IMG/VR virus record: IMGVR_UViG_3300030117_001886
Coordinates: 1 to 64,000 of that record
Strand: one strand, 5' to 3'
Length of the DNA stretch: 64,000 nt
From: a virus
In this document: positions 21,028 through 30,091 of the stretch, in pieces
How the letters are laid out: each line of letters begins with the position of its first letter
Numbering within the stretch: position 1 is the first letter of the stretch
Program-made: the position numbers and the translations under genes
Notes under the pieces: model-generated
What the model saw: the letters and a program-made list of their open reading frames with translations, nothing else
The model's database searches: none
What the model was told of the DNA's origin: nothing

Positions 21028-21974
21028 TATGTACGTTCTTTAATAGTGAATGTATTTAGTTCTGCTTCATAGCCTATCATACCAAGTAACCCATCACGGT
21101 TCTTCTCTACATGACATGCTAGCAAGCCTTTAGGATTTTCACCACAATACTCTGCCGTTATACCGTATAGATCATGCGGGCGTTGTAACATCATAACAAC
21201 ATGTGCATCTTGACCAATACTGTCACCACCAAATAGATCTGACAGCATAGGTTGGTATTGATTCTTTGCACGATGTTCTTGCTCAATGTTACGATTGAGT
21301 TGTGATAATAGTATGTTGACTGCGCCCATAGTAGACTGCATCCACATACATCCTTTTGATATAGTATTTAGTTTCTTTAGTTCTGTATCTTCGCTTCCTC
21401 GTATTAGTCTTGAATGATCAAATATGTTTATTATTGTAGTTGTAGGTTTACTTAGTTGTATCTCTTCGTTTGCGTTCATTATATATTCCATTGTCCTCGG
21501 CACATTATTAAAGTATATAGGATAGTTCCCATACTTCATAACTTTCTTTGCGTAGCTTTGAAAGTCCATGTCTGAAAGTCTTTTGTTTATTGACAGTAAA
21601 TCTGCCATCTCTTTCTTTACATCTTTTGATGCGGACCTCATCACTTGCTGATAACCAGGCATCTCAAATGTCCAATAAAGAACAACAATATTTTTATCCT
21701 TATTGTTGTCTAGTACATCAAAGATTAACTGATTACTAAATGCGGACTTACCCACACCGGGGCGCCCTGCTATAACATACATCTTACCACGTTGTAGACC
21801 ACCAAGAAGATTGCGATTGAGTCTAGGCCATAGAGTTGGTAATACATCACGTTTACCAAGTTTAGCTTCTTTGACTATTGCGATTGATTGCTTTACAGCT
21901 TTGTCTATCTTCTGGAACCCACGGGTAGAGAATACGTCATAGCTTTCTGCTGATACGTTCTCTTTTTTCTCCAT
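21027..21974 (-). CDS. dnaB: DnaB-like replicative helicase (C-terminal ATPase domain)
   Basis: AGRPGVGKS, FEM, FDH, LSQLNR, SIGQDAHVV and KNRDG. Confidence 0.9.
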   Translation of the reverse strand: MEKKENVSAESYDVFSTRGFQKIDKAVKQSIAIVKEAKLGKRDVLPTLWPRLNRNLLGGLQRGKMYVIAGRPGVGKSAFSNQLIFDVLDNNKDKNIVVLYWTFEMPGYQQVMRSASKDVKKEMADLLSINKRLSDMDFQSYAKKVMKYGNYPIYFNNVPRTMEYIMNANEEIQLSKPTTTIINIFDHSRLIRGSEDTELKKLNTISKGCMWMQSTMGAVNILLSQLNRNIEQEHRAKNQYQPMLSDLFGGDSIGQDAHVVMMLQRPHDLYGITAEYCGENPKGLLACHVEKNRDGLLGMIGYEAELNTFTIKERT

Positions 21975-22449
21975 CTTCTACATTTTCATACTTTTCCCAA
22001 GTATAATTATTTAACCAAGTTTCTATGTTCTGCATATACGCTATGTCTTGAACCTTTAGCTGATTGTTTAAGCATTTGATAATATACTTATGTACATGTG
22101 GTTTGTTTGCCACAAGTTTTGAGTATCTTTTCTTTGCTTTTTTGTTGCTAGCAGCGTCTGGATTTTTTGCACAGAGTACACGCACATTACCTGATGACGT
22201 TGTAACTCTATTAGGGTAAATACTTATTAGTTCTGCAAACATTGCATCTACATCGGATACAAACAAATCAAGAAACTTTTCAGTAACTGTATTTTCATTT
22301 ACCCATCCGCGTAGTTGCAAGTCTGCTGGATCATATTTAAGTTTTACTTTGTCTAAGAGATTTTGTGCATTCTTATACACAATATACAAGTATACATACT
22401 CATCAGGAGATAAATTATTTTCTGATATTAGTCTGATATTCAGGTCCAT
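21937..22449 (-). CDS. Hypothetical protein, possible replication initiator/helicase loader
   Basis: Lies upstream of dnaB; YP...YMQNIETWLNNYTWEKY resembles phage initiator C-termini. Confidence 0.55.
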   Translation of the reverse strand: MDLNIRLISENNLSPDEYVYLYIVYKNAQNLLDKVKLKYDPADLQLRGWVNENTVTEKFLDLFVSDVDAMFAELISIYPNRVTTSSGNVRVLCAKNPDAASNKKAKKRYSKLVANKPHVHKYIIKCLNNQLKVQDIAYMQNIETWLNNYTWEKYENVEDGEKRERISRKL

Positions 22450-22469
22450 AGCATATAAATTTACGAAAA

Positions 22470-22697
22470 TTAATATTCAATTCCAAGATTTTTTGCTTGC
22501 AATCTTCTATCTTCTTCTTCAATTACAACTGCATACAAATTCATAATATCATCCAAAGTACAATCACAATTAAACTCTTTAGCCACAAGATCTGGCAACT
22601 CAGTTAAACATCTTGTTTCGTATTTTTCATGAACTAGCAGCACTGCTATTTCTAACATCTCTTTAGGTAATTTACCTTGTGTAACTTCTATAACCAT
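22470..22697 (-). CDS. Hypothetical protein
   Basis: 75-aa ORF overlapping the helicase stop. Confidence 0.6.
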   Translation of the reverse strand: MVIEVTQGKLPKEMLEIAVLLVHEKYETRCLTELPDLVAKEFNCDCTLDDIMNLYAVVIEEEDRRLQAKNLGIEY

Positions 22698-23869
22698 TTT
22701 ACATTATTTAAGGATTTAACACTACTTTTTAACCACTTCTCTTCCTGACTATCTTTTACATATAGTACATATATCTTACCAATCTTACCTTCTTGGTACC
22801 TGATAATCCTACCCACTCTCTGTATCATAGTTAGCCCTTTGCTGGTTAATCCACATATTACAGCCATTGTTGCATCTGCTACATCAAACCCTTGATTCAA
22901 AGCCTTAGTAGAGCATAGCACAGGTTTATCACCTGATCTAAAATCTGCTAGCGCTTGTTCTTTTGCTTTCTTACGTATACCGCTATGGTATATAGTAGAA
23001 AAAGGTTCTGTAGCATCTGCAAGTTTATTTGTAAACTCATTGTCACCACCAAACACAAGTATTTTTTCACCTATGTTCTTGATAACAATCTTTTGCAATG
23101 CAGCAATCTTACCATCGGCATGGTCTACTACAGCTTTACGTTGTCTAATAGCTCTGTAAAACTGTGCGGCTGCTGCTTTTTGTTCGTTTGTAGCTGTATT
23201 CTTGCCTGGCCCCATAATGTACTTTGCCTGATCAAACGCATCAAATTGTCCAAGAATATATTTAGAGTAAACAAAAGTATTGTTTGCTTTCTTATAATCT
23301 TTTTGTTCTGAATCTGTTAGTTTGATAGGTACGCAATGTACTACATAGGGAGACACTAATCCCAACTCAACACATTTGTCAAGTGAGATTCTATACACCA
23401 CAGGAGACATTTCATACAATACCTCTTTGTATTCTATATCTTCTGGCGGTGTTGCAGTCATACATAATAATCTATCCCAAGTATTGTTCTCAAAAAACTT
23501 ACGATACTCAGGAGACAAGCCTAGATGTATTTCATCACAAACCACCACGGTGTAATGATTACTCTCTAACTTATATGCAGACTGATAACATACTATATCA
23601 ACACGATCTAAAACGTGTTCATAGTTCCATTTTATAAACTCTTGTTTAAATTGTTCTTGAAGCTGATGTGTAGGCACTAGCACAAGACCCTTGCCAGACT
23701 CAGTACTATCCAAAGTTTTACCAACGGCAATAACTCCACATCTAGACTTACCAAAACCGGTACCAGCAATAATGCTGCCACTAAACTTATGTTTAGCCCA
23801 ATTATTAAGAGCTCTCTTTTGTTCTTCATCTTTTATTTTAATTAGCTTAGACATTATTTGCACTTCCAT
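22688..23869 (-). CDS. Superfamily 2 helicase (DExH, ResIII/XPB/UvsW-like)
   Basis: GTGFGKS, VLVPT, DEIH, MTAT, LNQGFD and QRVGRIIR. Confidence 0.92.
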   Translation of the reverse strand: MEVQIMSKLIKIKDEEQKRALNNWAKHKFSGSIIAGTGFGKSRCGVIAVGKTLDSTESGKGLVLVPTHQLQEQFKQEFIKWNYEHVLDRVDIVCYQSAYKLESNHYTVVVCDEIHLGLSPEYRKFFENNTWDRLLCMTATPPEDIEYKEVLYEMSPVVYRISLDKCVELGLVSPYVVHCVPIKLTDSEQKDYKKANNTFVYSKYILGQFDAFDQAKYIMGPGKNTATNEQKAAAAQFYRAIRQRKAVVDHADGKIAALQKIVIKNIGEKILVFGGDNEFTNKLADATEPFSTIYHSGIRKKAKEQALADFRSGDKPVLCSTKALNQGFDVADATMAVICGLTSKGLTMIQRVGRIIRYQEGKIGKIYVLYVKDSQEEKWLKSSVKSLNNVKWL

Positions 23870-24117
23870 AAGTTTACCGTCCTTTCTGTTTGAGTATCAT
23901 AAAAATCACCAGCATGTTCTACCAATCCCTTCTCACGAAGCTCTGATACACGTCCTGTAACTCTGTTAATATCCCAATCTAGTTTTTTAGCAATCATTCT
24001 GTTAGTGGCCTGCCCAAGATCTACATGTAATACTTTTAAAACTTGTGCCTGTCTTTTACTAATTGTACCCTCGTCAAATAACTTTTGATAGGAGGATACT
24101 GATTTATCATTTACCAT
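23854..24117 (-). CDS. Winged-helix DNA-binding protein
   Basis: ATNRMIAKKLDWDINRVTGRVSELREKGLV. Confidence 0.75.
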   Translation of the reverse strand: MVNDKSVSSYQKLFDEGTISKRQAQVLKVLHVDLGQATNRMIAKKLDWDINRVTGRVSELREKGLVEHAGDFYDTQTERTVNLWKCK

Positions 24118-24349
24118 ATATGTTTTCTTCTATTTCTTCACTAATATGTTCAGAGCAAGCTATACCAGTCTTTTCTAAGAAAGGTAGTATATCTACAGTT
24201 CTATAGCTTGAAGAGTCCTTTTCCATAGCATGTATAAATACACGATGAACGATCACTCCACCTACATACCCTGTAGTATCATCTGCTTCTGAATAGTCAT
24301 ACTCAGCTTGAAGACTATAATCTTGTATTTCAAACTCATATAAATTCAT
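24107..24349 (-). CDS. Hypothetical acidic protein
   Basis: 80-aa ORF with coupled overlaps. Confidence 0.65.
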   Translation of the reverse strand: MNLYEFEIQDYSLQAEYDYSEADDTTGYVGGVIVHRVFIHAMEKDSSSYRTVDILPFLEKTGIACSEHISEEIEENIYGK

Positions 24350-24783
24350 GTTAGTAATTCTTTTACGTTAATAATTTGTTCTTTTAGTTCCTTATTTTCA
24401 TGTTCGAGATATTCTACACGAGCTGCAAACTTTGCAATCATGTCATCTTTATCATTACAATCAGACATGCCTTTAATACCTACAGCTACTTCACATATAC
24501 CAAAAAATTCTGCATATGGTTTATCTACATCCATAAGATCAGCGTGTACCTTGAATGCATGTAACACAGTAGAGTGATCTCTATGAAACACGCCAGCATT
24601 TACAGTCGTACTATAATGCAACTTATCATTGATAAGAACCATGCATATACGTCTTGCTGCAACTACCTCGCCTTGTCTTGTTTTACCTCTAATTTTACTA
24701 ATAGGAACTTCAGTTAGCCTAGATACTGTAGCAAGTATTCTTGCAACGTTTGCATCTAGTTTATATAATTTTACTTTTCCCAT
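24346..24783 (-). CDS. Stand-alone DnaA domain IV-like (Bac_DnaA_C) HTH protein with C-terminal coiled coil
   Basis: IRGKTR..VVAARRICM...FHRDHSTVLHA matches the DnaA signature RDHTTVLHA. Confidence 0.8.
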   Translation of the reverse strand: MGKVKLYKLDANVARILATVSRLTEVPISKIRGKTRQGEVVAARRICMVLINDKLHYSTTVNAGVFHRDHSTVLHAFKVHADLMDVDKPYAEFFGICEVAVGIKGMSDCNDKDDMIAKFAARVEYLEHENKELKEQIINVKELLT

Positions 24784-26675
24784 GATTTACTAATATTTGT
24801 GTCTGCTTTTAACAAACCGTTAGTTACTACTTTTAATGCCGCATCCTCCATGTGTCTAGTCATAATATCTACCCATTGTTCTGCAAATTCTATCTTACAA
24901 ATAGTATCAATCTGATCATGAACTGTCATTACAATCTTCACAGGATAGTTATTCTTCTTGATAGCTTGACGAATATATATAAGAGCAAGTTTAGTCATGT
25001 CAGCTGATGCGCCTTGTATAGGTGTATTTTTACTAGCACGTTCTATACTACCAAGCTCAAAGGCTTGACTCTTGTCTTTGTATATGCGGGGATACCATGT
25101 AGGAAACCAGCGTCTTCTATTGAAAGGGGGAAAGGTTTTTATATATCCAAACTTTTTACCAAACGAACCAAGCTTATCAAGGAATCCACCGATAGCTGGG
25201 AATGCTGCAAAATATTTTTGAATAAGTATCTCTGCTTCTTTAATAGTAATGTTAAGAGTATCTGCAAGTTTATGTGGGCCCATACCGTAAGCAAGACCAA
25301 AGTTAATTGTCTTAACATTTGTTCTTAACTTACCGTGTTTAGGACATTTACATTTACTCTTATTCTTCATATAACTACAATTCTCTTCAGCTGTATCTAT
25401 CCACTCTTGGCCATAAACAAGATCTGCACATACACTGTGCAAGTCCTGTCCTTGTTCAAGAGCATTTATCCATACAGGATCTTTAGAACCAAATGCTATT
25501 ACATTTAGCTCTTGAGAAGAATAATCACTAGATACAAAGCACCAACCTCCAGGAGCAAGAAAACAATTACGGAACTTATTATCCGCAGGTATCTGTTGCA
25601 TGTTTGGCTTCTTGGATGCGACGCGTCCAGTGTCAAGTATTTGATTGAATTGTGTATGTATTTTACCATCGCTTGAAACAAATTTAAAGAAGTCTTTACC
25701 ATAAGAAGTAGCAAGCTTCATCTTTTCTTTGTACTTAACATACAAATCAATGATTTCATACTTGTGTCTGTATTTATACATCTTCTTACCGTTAACGTCT
25801 TCTAGATCAGGGACCAATTTTTTAAATACTTTAAGTACTTGTGTAGGGCTGGTCCACTTAATCCCCACTTTACGTAAATCTTCTTTAGGAGTAAACAAGT
25901 CACCTTGAATATGAGATGGGACAAATTCAGACAGTTGATGATTATTAACTACAAATTCGTCTAGTTTATCCCTCATAGTCAAGGCTTCTTGTTCGCTAGC
26001 TCGTGCGATGACCTCCCAAGCCTCTCTATCAATATCAATACCATTGTATTCAATATCAGAGAATGCTAACACCGCTCGATTTTCAAGTTCTACTACCTTG
26101 TTTAGTTTAAATTCATCTATCTTAGGTAGTTGTAGATTACGTAGTTTACATAAATACTCTACATCTTTAGCACCGTATTGTATTTGATCATCACGATAGG
26201 CCTGACCTTGTAGACCTATAAACTGATTTCTGGTTTCTTTGTTAAGTTCTACATTTAAGTATCTCTTACAAAGGTCTTTCAATCCATAGCCTATGTGACG
26301 ACCACAAGATAACACACGTTCCACCAAAAACGTATCATATACGTTATCACACTCTATGTTTGCCCATTTCTTAATAAATTTATAGTCAAACTTAGCATTG
26401 TGAAATATTTTAATAATCTTTTTACTTTCTAGTATTTGTCTAAGAGGTTCTATACTGATATGTCTAGTATCAATTACATACTGGTTGTTCTCATCACCTA
26501 TCTGAAACATAATCATTTTCTTACAGGTAAAGTCAAAGCCTTCAGTCTCAGTGTCAACACCGAGGACTTCCTGTCTTCCGCAATAAGCTACAGCTTGATT
26601 GATAGTAGCTAGTTCATATAAATCACTATTAAAGTCGTCTCCTAGAGCAGTACTATTTGTTATCAGCTTTATCAT
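24771..26675 (-). CDS. polA: Family A DNA polymerase with 3'-5' exonuclease
   Basis: Exonuclease motifs DTETEG, HNAKFD and YGAKD. Polymerase motifs TGRVASKKPNMQQIP, DYSSQEL, KTINFGLAYG, NTPIQGASAD and VHDQ. Confidence 0.96.
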   Translation of the reverse strand: MIKLITNSTALGDDFNSDLYELATINQAVAYCGRQEVLGVDTETEGFDFTCKKMIMFQIGDENNQYVIDTRHISIEPLRQILESKKIIKIFHNAKFDYKFIKKWANIECDNVYDTFLVERVLSCGRHIGYGLKDLCKRYLNVELNKETRNQFIGLQGQAYRDDQIQYGAKDVEYLCKLRNLQLPKIDEFKLNKVVELENRAVLAFSDIEYNGIDIDREAWEVIARASEQEALTMRDKLDEFVVNNHQLSEFVPSHIQGDLFTPKEDLRKVGIKWTSPTQVLKVFKKLVPDLEDVNGKKMYKYRHKYEIIDLYVKYKEKMKLATSYGKDFFKFVSSDGKIHTQFNQILDTGRVASKKPNMQQIPADNKFRNCFLAPGGWCFVSSDYSSQELNVIAFGSKDPVWINALEQGQDLHSVCADLVYGQEWIDTAEENCSYMKNKSKCKCPKHGKLRTNVKTINFGLAYGMGPHKLADTLNITIKEAEILIQKYFAAFPAIGGFLDKLGSFGKKFGYIKTFPPFNRRRWFPTWYPRIYKDKSQAFELGSIERASKNTPIQGASADMTKLALIYIRQAIKKNNYPVKIVMTVHDQIDTICKIEFAEQWVDIMTRHMEDAALKVVTNGLLKADTNISKSWEK

Positions 26676-26895
26676 TTGGCATAATTTTTCTTAAAGAATC
26701 GTGAAATGTTTCATCAAATTCTAATAAATATTTTGCATATGTAAGGCTAATATTTTTACCTTGAAACGATACAGTTTCTTCATTATTCTTCTCAGCTATG
26801 AAATATGCACGTCGTAAATCTTCCATATAGCCTTGTTGTATAGCCATATATACTTCTTTCATTTTACCCATTGTAATAATCTTTAATGTTGACAT
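26653..26895 (-). CDS. Hypothetical protein
   Basis: ORF containing an MGKMKEVYM start typical of small phage genes; the true start may be 26871. Confidence 0.6.
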   Translation of the reverse strand: MSTLKIITMGKMKEVYMAIQQGYMEDLRRAYFIAEKNNEETVSFQGKNISLTYAKYLLEFDETFHDSLRKIMPNDKADNK

Positions 26896-27091
26896 TTTGT
26901 TCTTCCATAATTACACGTTCGTTAGATTTTTCGTAAGGAAAAGTCATCCCAAACATCAGTTGAAAGGAAATATCAGAGTTAATAATTTTTGGTATTTCTA
27001 ACCATTTTTCTGTTGTAACATATTCACCAGCTTCATCGTATATATGTCTGGTTCTCAGTATGTTCTGGTGGTGTCCGTTATTATTTGCCAT
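26864..27091 (-). CDS. Hypothetical protein
   Basis: 75-aa ORF. Confidence 0.6.
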   Translation of the reverse strand: MANNNGHHQNILRTRHIYDEAGEYVTTEKWLEIPKIINSDISFQLMFGMTFPYEKSNERVIMEEQNVNIKDYYNG

Positions 27092-27115
27092 CTTGTTTTT
27101 GGAGTTTTAAAGCAT

Positions 27116-27145
27116 AAAAAAGGTAGAGGATTGCTCCCCTACCTT
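27116..27145 (-). terminator. Intrinsic terminator
   Basis: Minus strand AAGGTAGGGGA-GCAA-TCCTCTACCTT then TTTT; GNRA loop. Confidence 0.8.
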
Positions 27146-27166
27146 CAAATTAATTAATTTTAATTA

Positions 27167-27232
27167 CTAGTCGAATATTATGGCCTTAATAACTATAACA
27201 ATAATTAGTATAATAGCTATGTATAAGGCCAT
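27167..27232 (-). CDS. Putative 21-aa hydrophobic (single-TM) peptide MALYIAIILIIVIVIKAIIFD
   Basis: Hand-translated; below the ORF-track cutoff. Lies between a consensus promoter and a terminator. Confidence 0.5.
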   Translation of the reverse strand: MALYIAIILIIVIVIKAIIFD

Positions 27233-27284
27233 AAATTTGGTTTCTTGAAATGAGGTTATAAAATTTCTTATTACAATTTGATAA

Positions 27285-27315
27285 CAAATATACAATAAAA
27301 ATCTATACCTCCAAA
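27285..27315 (-). promoter_or_regulatory. Bacteroidota primary-sigma promoter
   Basis: Minus strand TTTG (27315-27312)-N19-TATATTTG (27292-27285). Confidence 0.7.
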
Positions 27316-27316
27316 C

Positions 27317-27946
27317 TTATTCTTCTAATAATTTTTTCAGATCTTCCCATGACATGTGTCTAGGAGCATTACGAAGTTTATTTAAGACTGAATCTTCTTT
27401 TAATTCTGTCCCATATTCTTCTACAAATGCAGTAAAATCTGATTTGACAAAAGTATGTTCTGGTTTATTGTTAGTTAAGACACATTCTGTATTACTAAAT
27501 ACATAATCTCCTTTACTTTTAACAAAGTCTCCATTTCTACCTTTACGTTTTGCATACTTCTCAGGATGCAGTACATGTTCTAGTCTAGTTGGTGTAGTAG
27601 TTTCTGTAACTTGTACTCTTAATCTAACACCTTTGTATGTAGGATTTAAATAATTAAGTTCTACATAATCCTCAAGGTCATCATTAAGTTCCCAGTTAAG
27701 TTGTTCTACATCAATACCAAGACCAACAAGTATATCATAGGGTTCAGCAGGAAACTTAGCACATCTAATACCAGGAGTGTATTTAGAATCAGATTGATTC
27801 ATAACTACAATAGCTCTAGTATTATTTATAACTCTCTCTCCAACCTCTATCATAATCTTTCCTTCATTTGTCCGAGTCATGGATGTAAGGATAGTATCTC
27901 CTATGCGTAAGTCCTGTTTATCTATAACTTCATAGTCCATCAACAT
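27317..27946 (-). CDS. Hypothetical early protein
   Basis: 209-aa ORF. Confidence 0.75.
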   Translation of the reverse strand: MLMDYEVIDKQDLRIGDTILTSMTRTNEGKIMIEVGERVINNTRAIVVMNQSDSKYTPGIRCAKFPAEPYDILVGLGIDVEQLNWELNDDLEDYVELNYLNPTYKGVRLRVQVTETTTPTRLEHVLHPEKYAKRKGRNGDFVKSKGDYVFSNTECVLTNNKPEHTFVKSDFTAFVEEYGTELKEDSVLNKLRNAPRHMSWEDLKKLLEE

Positions 27947-28172
27947 AATCGTTTTCTATTTGCCCTTGTAGCTCTTCATTGAACGGAACGGAGTCATCGT
28001 TCACTGACTCAACCACAAAGATGTTCTTAATTGCAGATGTACACTCCGACATAAAGTGAAGCGCATCTATTTTGTCTGTAAATGTAATGTCTTTTACATC
28101 ACATAAAGCGTTTTCGTCGCATGCATGATCTCCGTACATGTCACACTCGTATCTTATAACATATAATCTCAT
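27930..28172 (-). CDS. Hypothetical acidic protein
   Basis: 80-aa ORF. Confidence 0.6.
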   Translation of the reverse strand: MRLYVIRYECDMYGDHACDENALCDVKDITFTDKIDALHFMSECTSAIKNIFVVESVNDDSVPFNEELQGQIENDYVDGL

Positions 28173-28294
28173 TGGTCTCTTTTTTGTACGGATTTAACGT
28201 AATCTAACCAATCAAGCTTATCTGTGTAATAAGCATTTTTAAATATGGCATTGTATAAGCCATACTTGATAACTACTCTAATGAATTGTTTCAT
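28169..28294 (-). CDS. Hypothetical 41-aa protein (MKQFIRVVIKYGLYNAIF...)
   Basis: Hand-translated; ATGA overlap with the next gene and AT-rich leader. Confidence 0.55.
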   Translation of the reverse strand: MKQFIRVVIKYGLYNAIFKNAYYTDKLDWLDYVKSVQKRDQ

Positions 28295-28633
28295 GATAAT
28301 AAATGAATTAAGTGAATAAAAATGATGAGACATTTCAGCTGTCTCTTTGCTGTAAATTTTGTTAGATAATTAACTTATGCTATCCAGAGCGTTCCTCTCT
28401 TGCCTGATCAACAACTGGCCCTCCTAATGTCTACCCCCTCTCGAGGAACATCGCAGCCATGGCATAAGTTATTATCTTACTTAATGTGTTCATATAATAC
28501 TTTTCAAAGATGCATAATCTAAGCGCTTAGTTATACACACAGAGCAGGACCAGTTTGTTTCTGGAATTATTGGTTAATACTAATTCGATTACTCCTGAAT
28601 AATCTAAAAGTGAGCTCCACTTTTTATTAAGGA

Positions 28634-28861
28634 CTACCTCTCGTATGCAAGTCTTCTTAGACCAGCAACAGTAGTACCAACTTGTTGTGCTTTCAAAAGA
28701 GTGTACTTTTCAGTCACAATGTCTGAGTACATATCTACAAATTGTTTAACACTTTTAATTCCGGTTAACTCTTCACACAAACTATTAAGTTTATCAATAG
28801 TTTCTTTGTGCTCTAATTGTAACTTGTGTAACTCTTCAAGTCTTTGTTTTTCTTTGTCCAT
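28634..28861 (-). CDS. Hypothetical coiled-coil protein
   Basis: 75-aa ORF. Confidence 0.6.
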   Translation of the reverse strand: MDKEKQRLEELHKLQLEHKETIDKLNSLCEELTGIKSVKQFVDMYSDIVTEKYTLLKAQQVGTTVAGLRRLAYER

Positions 28862-29090
28862 CTTTTTCCTGTAACTTTTTTTCTAATACTTTAATTGTAT
28901 TTACACAATGATAGATTGTCTCTATCAAATGTTGTTTGTCCATTCTGACTAATAGATCTCCAAAAGGAGAGTAAAAAGAGGAAGAGTAATAACTCTCCCA
29001 CTCTCTTGTTTCTCCTAACCATTTACCTATAATCTCTTTGTACTCTATTGACCTGTGAAAGTCAGACGCATACTTTTTATCTTTCATCAT
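28836..29090 (-). CDS. Hypothetical protein
   Basis: 84-aa ORF with overlaps. Confidence 0.6.
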   Translation of the reverse strand: MMKDKKYASDFHRSIEYKEIIGKWLGETREWESYYSSSFYSPFGDLLVRMDKQHLIETIYHCVNTIKVLEKKLQEKDGQRKTKT

Positions 29091-29400
29091 CTTCTATACG
29101 TTTTTTAAAATCAAAAAGATCTAATCTTTCATACCTAGCACCAGAAGATAATCTCTCATCAGCATCTAAATACTGTAGTACATTTTTGTAGAACTGTGTC
29201 TCTTTATCTTCTCCTATTCGTAGAATATTAAGAGCTCTTTCTATACTATCGTTAAGAAAGGCAGCATAAGTTTCATTTATGTCATTGTCTCTTAGCTTAC
29301 CCTCATAAGTAACTATGAGCATTTGTAAGGCATTCATCATAAGGTTGTGATCATCATCACCTAAGTAGTCCTTTGCCTTTTTGTTGGATAAATTTTCCAT
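29077..29400 (-). CDS. Hypothetical protein
   Basis: 107-aa ORF. Confidence 0.7.
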   Translation of the reverse strand: MENLSNKKAKDYLGDDDHNLMMNALQMLIVTYEGKLRDNDINETYAAFLNDSIERALNILRIGEDKETQFYKNVLQYLDADERLSSGARYERLDLFDFKKRIEDDER

Positions 29401-29524
29401 AATGTTATATAATTTAATGATAATAATTGATTACAATATCAAAGTAGTGTGAAATGTAGGGTGTGAGGCCTACAACACGTACACACAAATTGACATAATC
29501 CCTGATCCTGAAATAAAAAAAAGA

Positions 29525-29552
29525 AAAAAGGGGGGACATAAGTCCCCCTTTT
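29525..29552. terminator. Strong bidirectional intrinsic terminator
   Basis: AAAAAGGGGGGAC-ATAA-GTCCCCCTTTT, with a long U-tract on the minus strand. Confidence 0.85.
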
Positions 29553-29553
29553 A

Positions 29554-29934
29554 TTAAGCCCTAGAAATGATGTTACGCATTTTTCCGTTAATCACTTTTG
29601 CTTCAACTTCTACTTGTTGATTGGTTAAACTGATACCTTGTAGAATATCGTTTTCCCATTCTTCAAGATTCAATGTTCCCTCTTGTATTAAAGTTTTATC
29701 TCCAAAGTTTACATTGAATTTACCTAAGTTTAGAATAAATTCTCCTTTGTCTGTTTTAACACAGATAGTTTTAAAAGGTCGTACTCCACCTACCAAAGTA
29801 GCATTGTATGTTCCCTCGTCTAGTTTTGATTCACTAGAACCTCCAGCAATTACTGAAGCGTTTGGATTTAGTTCTTGCATTTGCATAGCTTTTTTGTAAG
29901 CTACCATTTCTGCTGTTTCTGTTAATGTTGCCAT
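29554..29934 (-). CDS. Hypothetical protein, first gene of the leftward (early) block
   Basis: 126-aa beta-rich ORF with an AT-rich leader and its own terminator. Confidence 0.75.
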   Translation of the reverse strand: MATLTETAEMVAYKKAMQMQELNPNASVIAGGSSESKLDEGTYNATLVGGVRPFKTICVKTDKGEFILNLGKFNVNFGDKTLIQEGTLNLEEWENDILQGISLTNQQVEVEAKVINGKMRNIISRA

Positions 29935-29972
29935 AACGATTTAATAAATTAAGTTAATAAAATTTGTGTGTA

Positions 29973-30006
29973 CTTGGGCAAAATGGGGTGTACCCCATGC
30001 ACCAAG
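29973..30006. other. GC-rich hairpin at the divergence point of the early and late blocks
   Basis: CTTGG..ATGGGGT-GT-ACCCCAT..CCAAG. Confidence 0.55.
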
Positions 30007-30083
30007 ACCCACAGGGGCTACATTATGGGGAGGTCTGCGCACTCAAAAATTTTCCAAAAATTTTTTTTATTTTATTTTTTATA

Positions 30084-30091
30084 TATATTTG
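30084..30091 (+). promoter_or_regulatory. -7 promoter element (TATATTTG) starting the late block
   Basis: TATATTTGCAC after a long T-tract. Confidence 0.6.
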
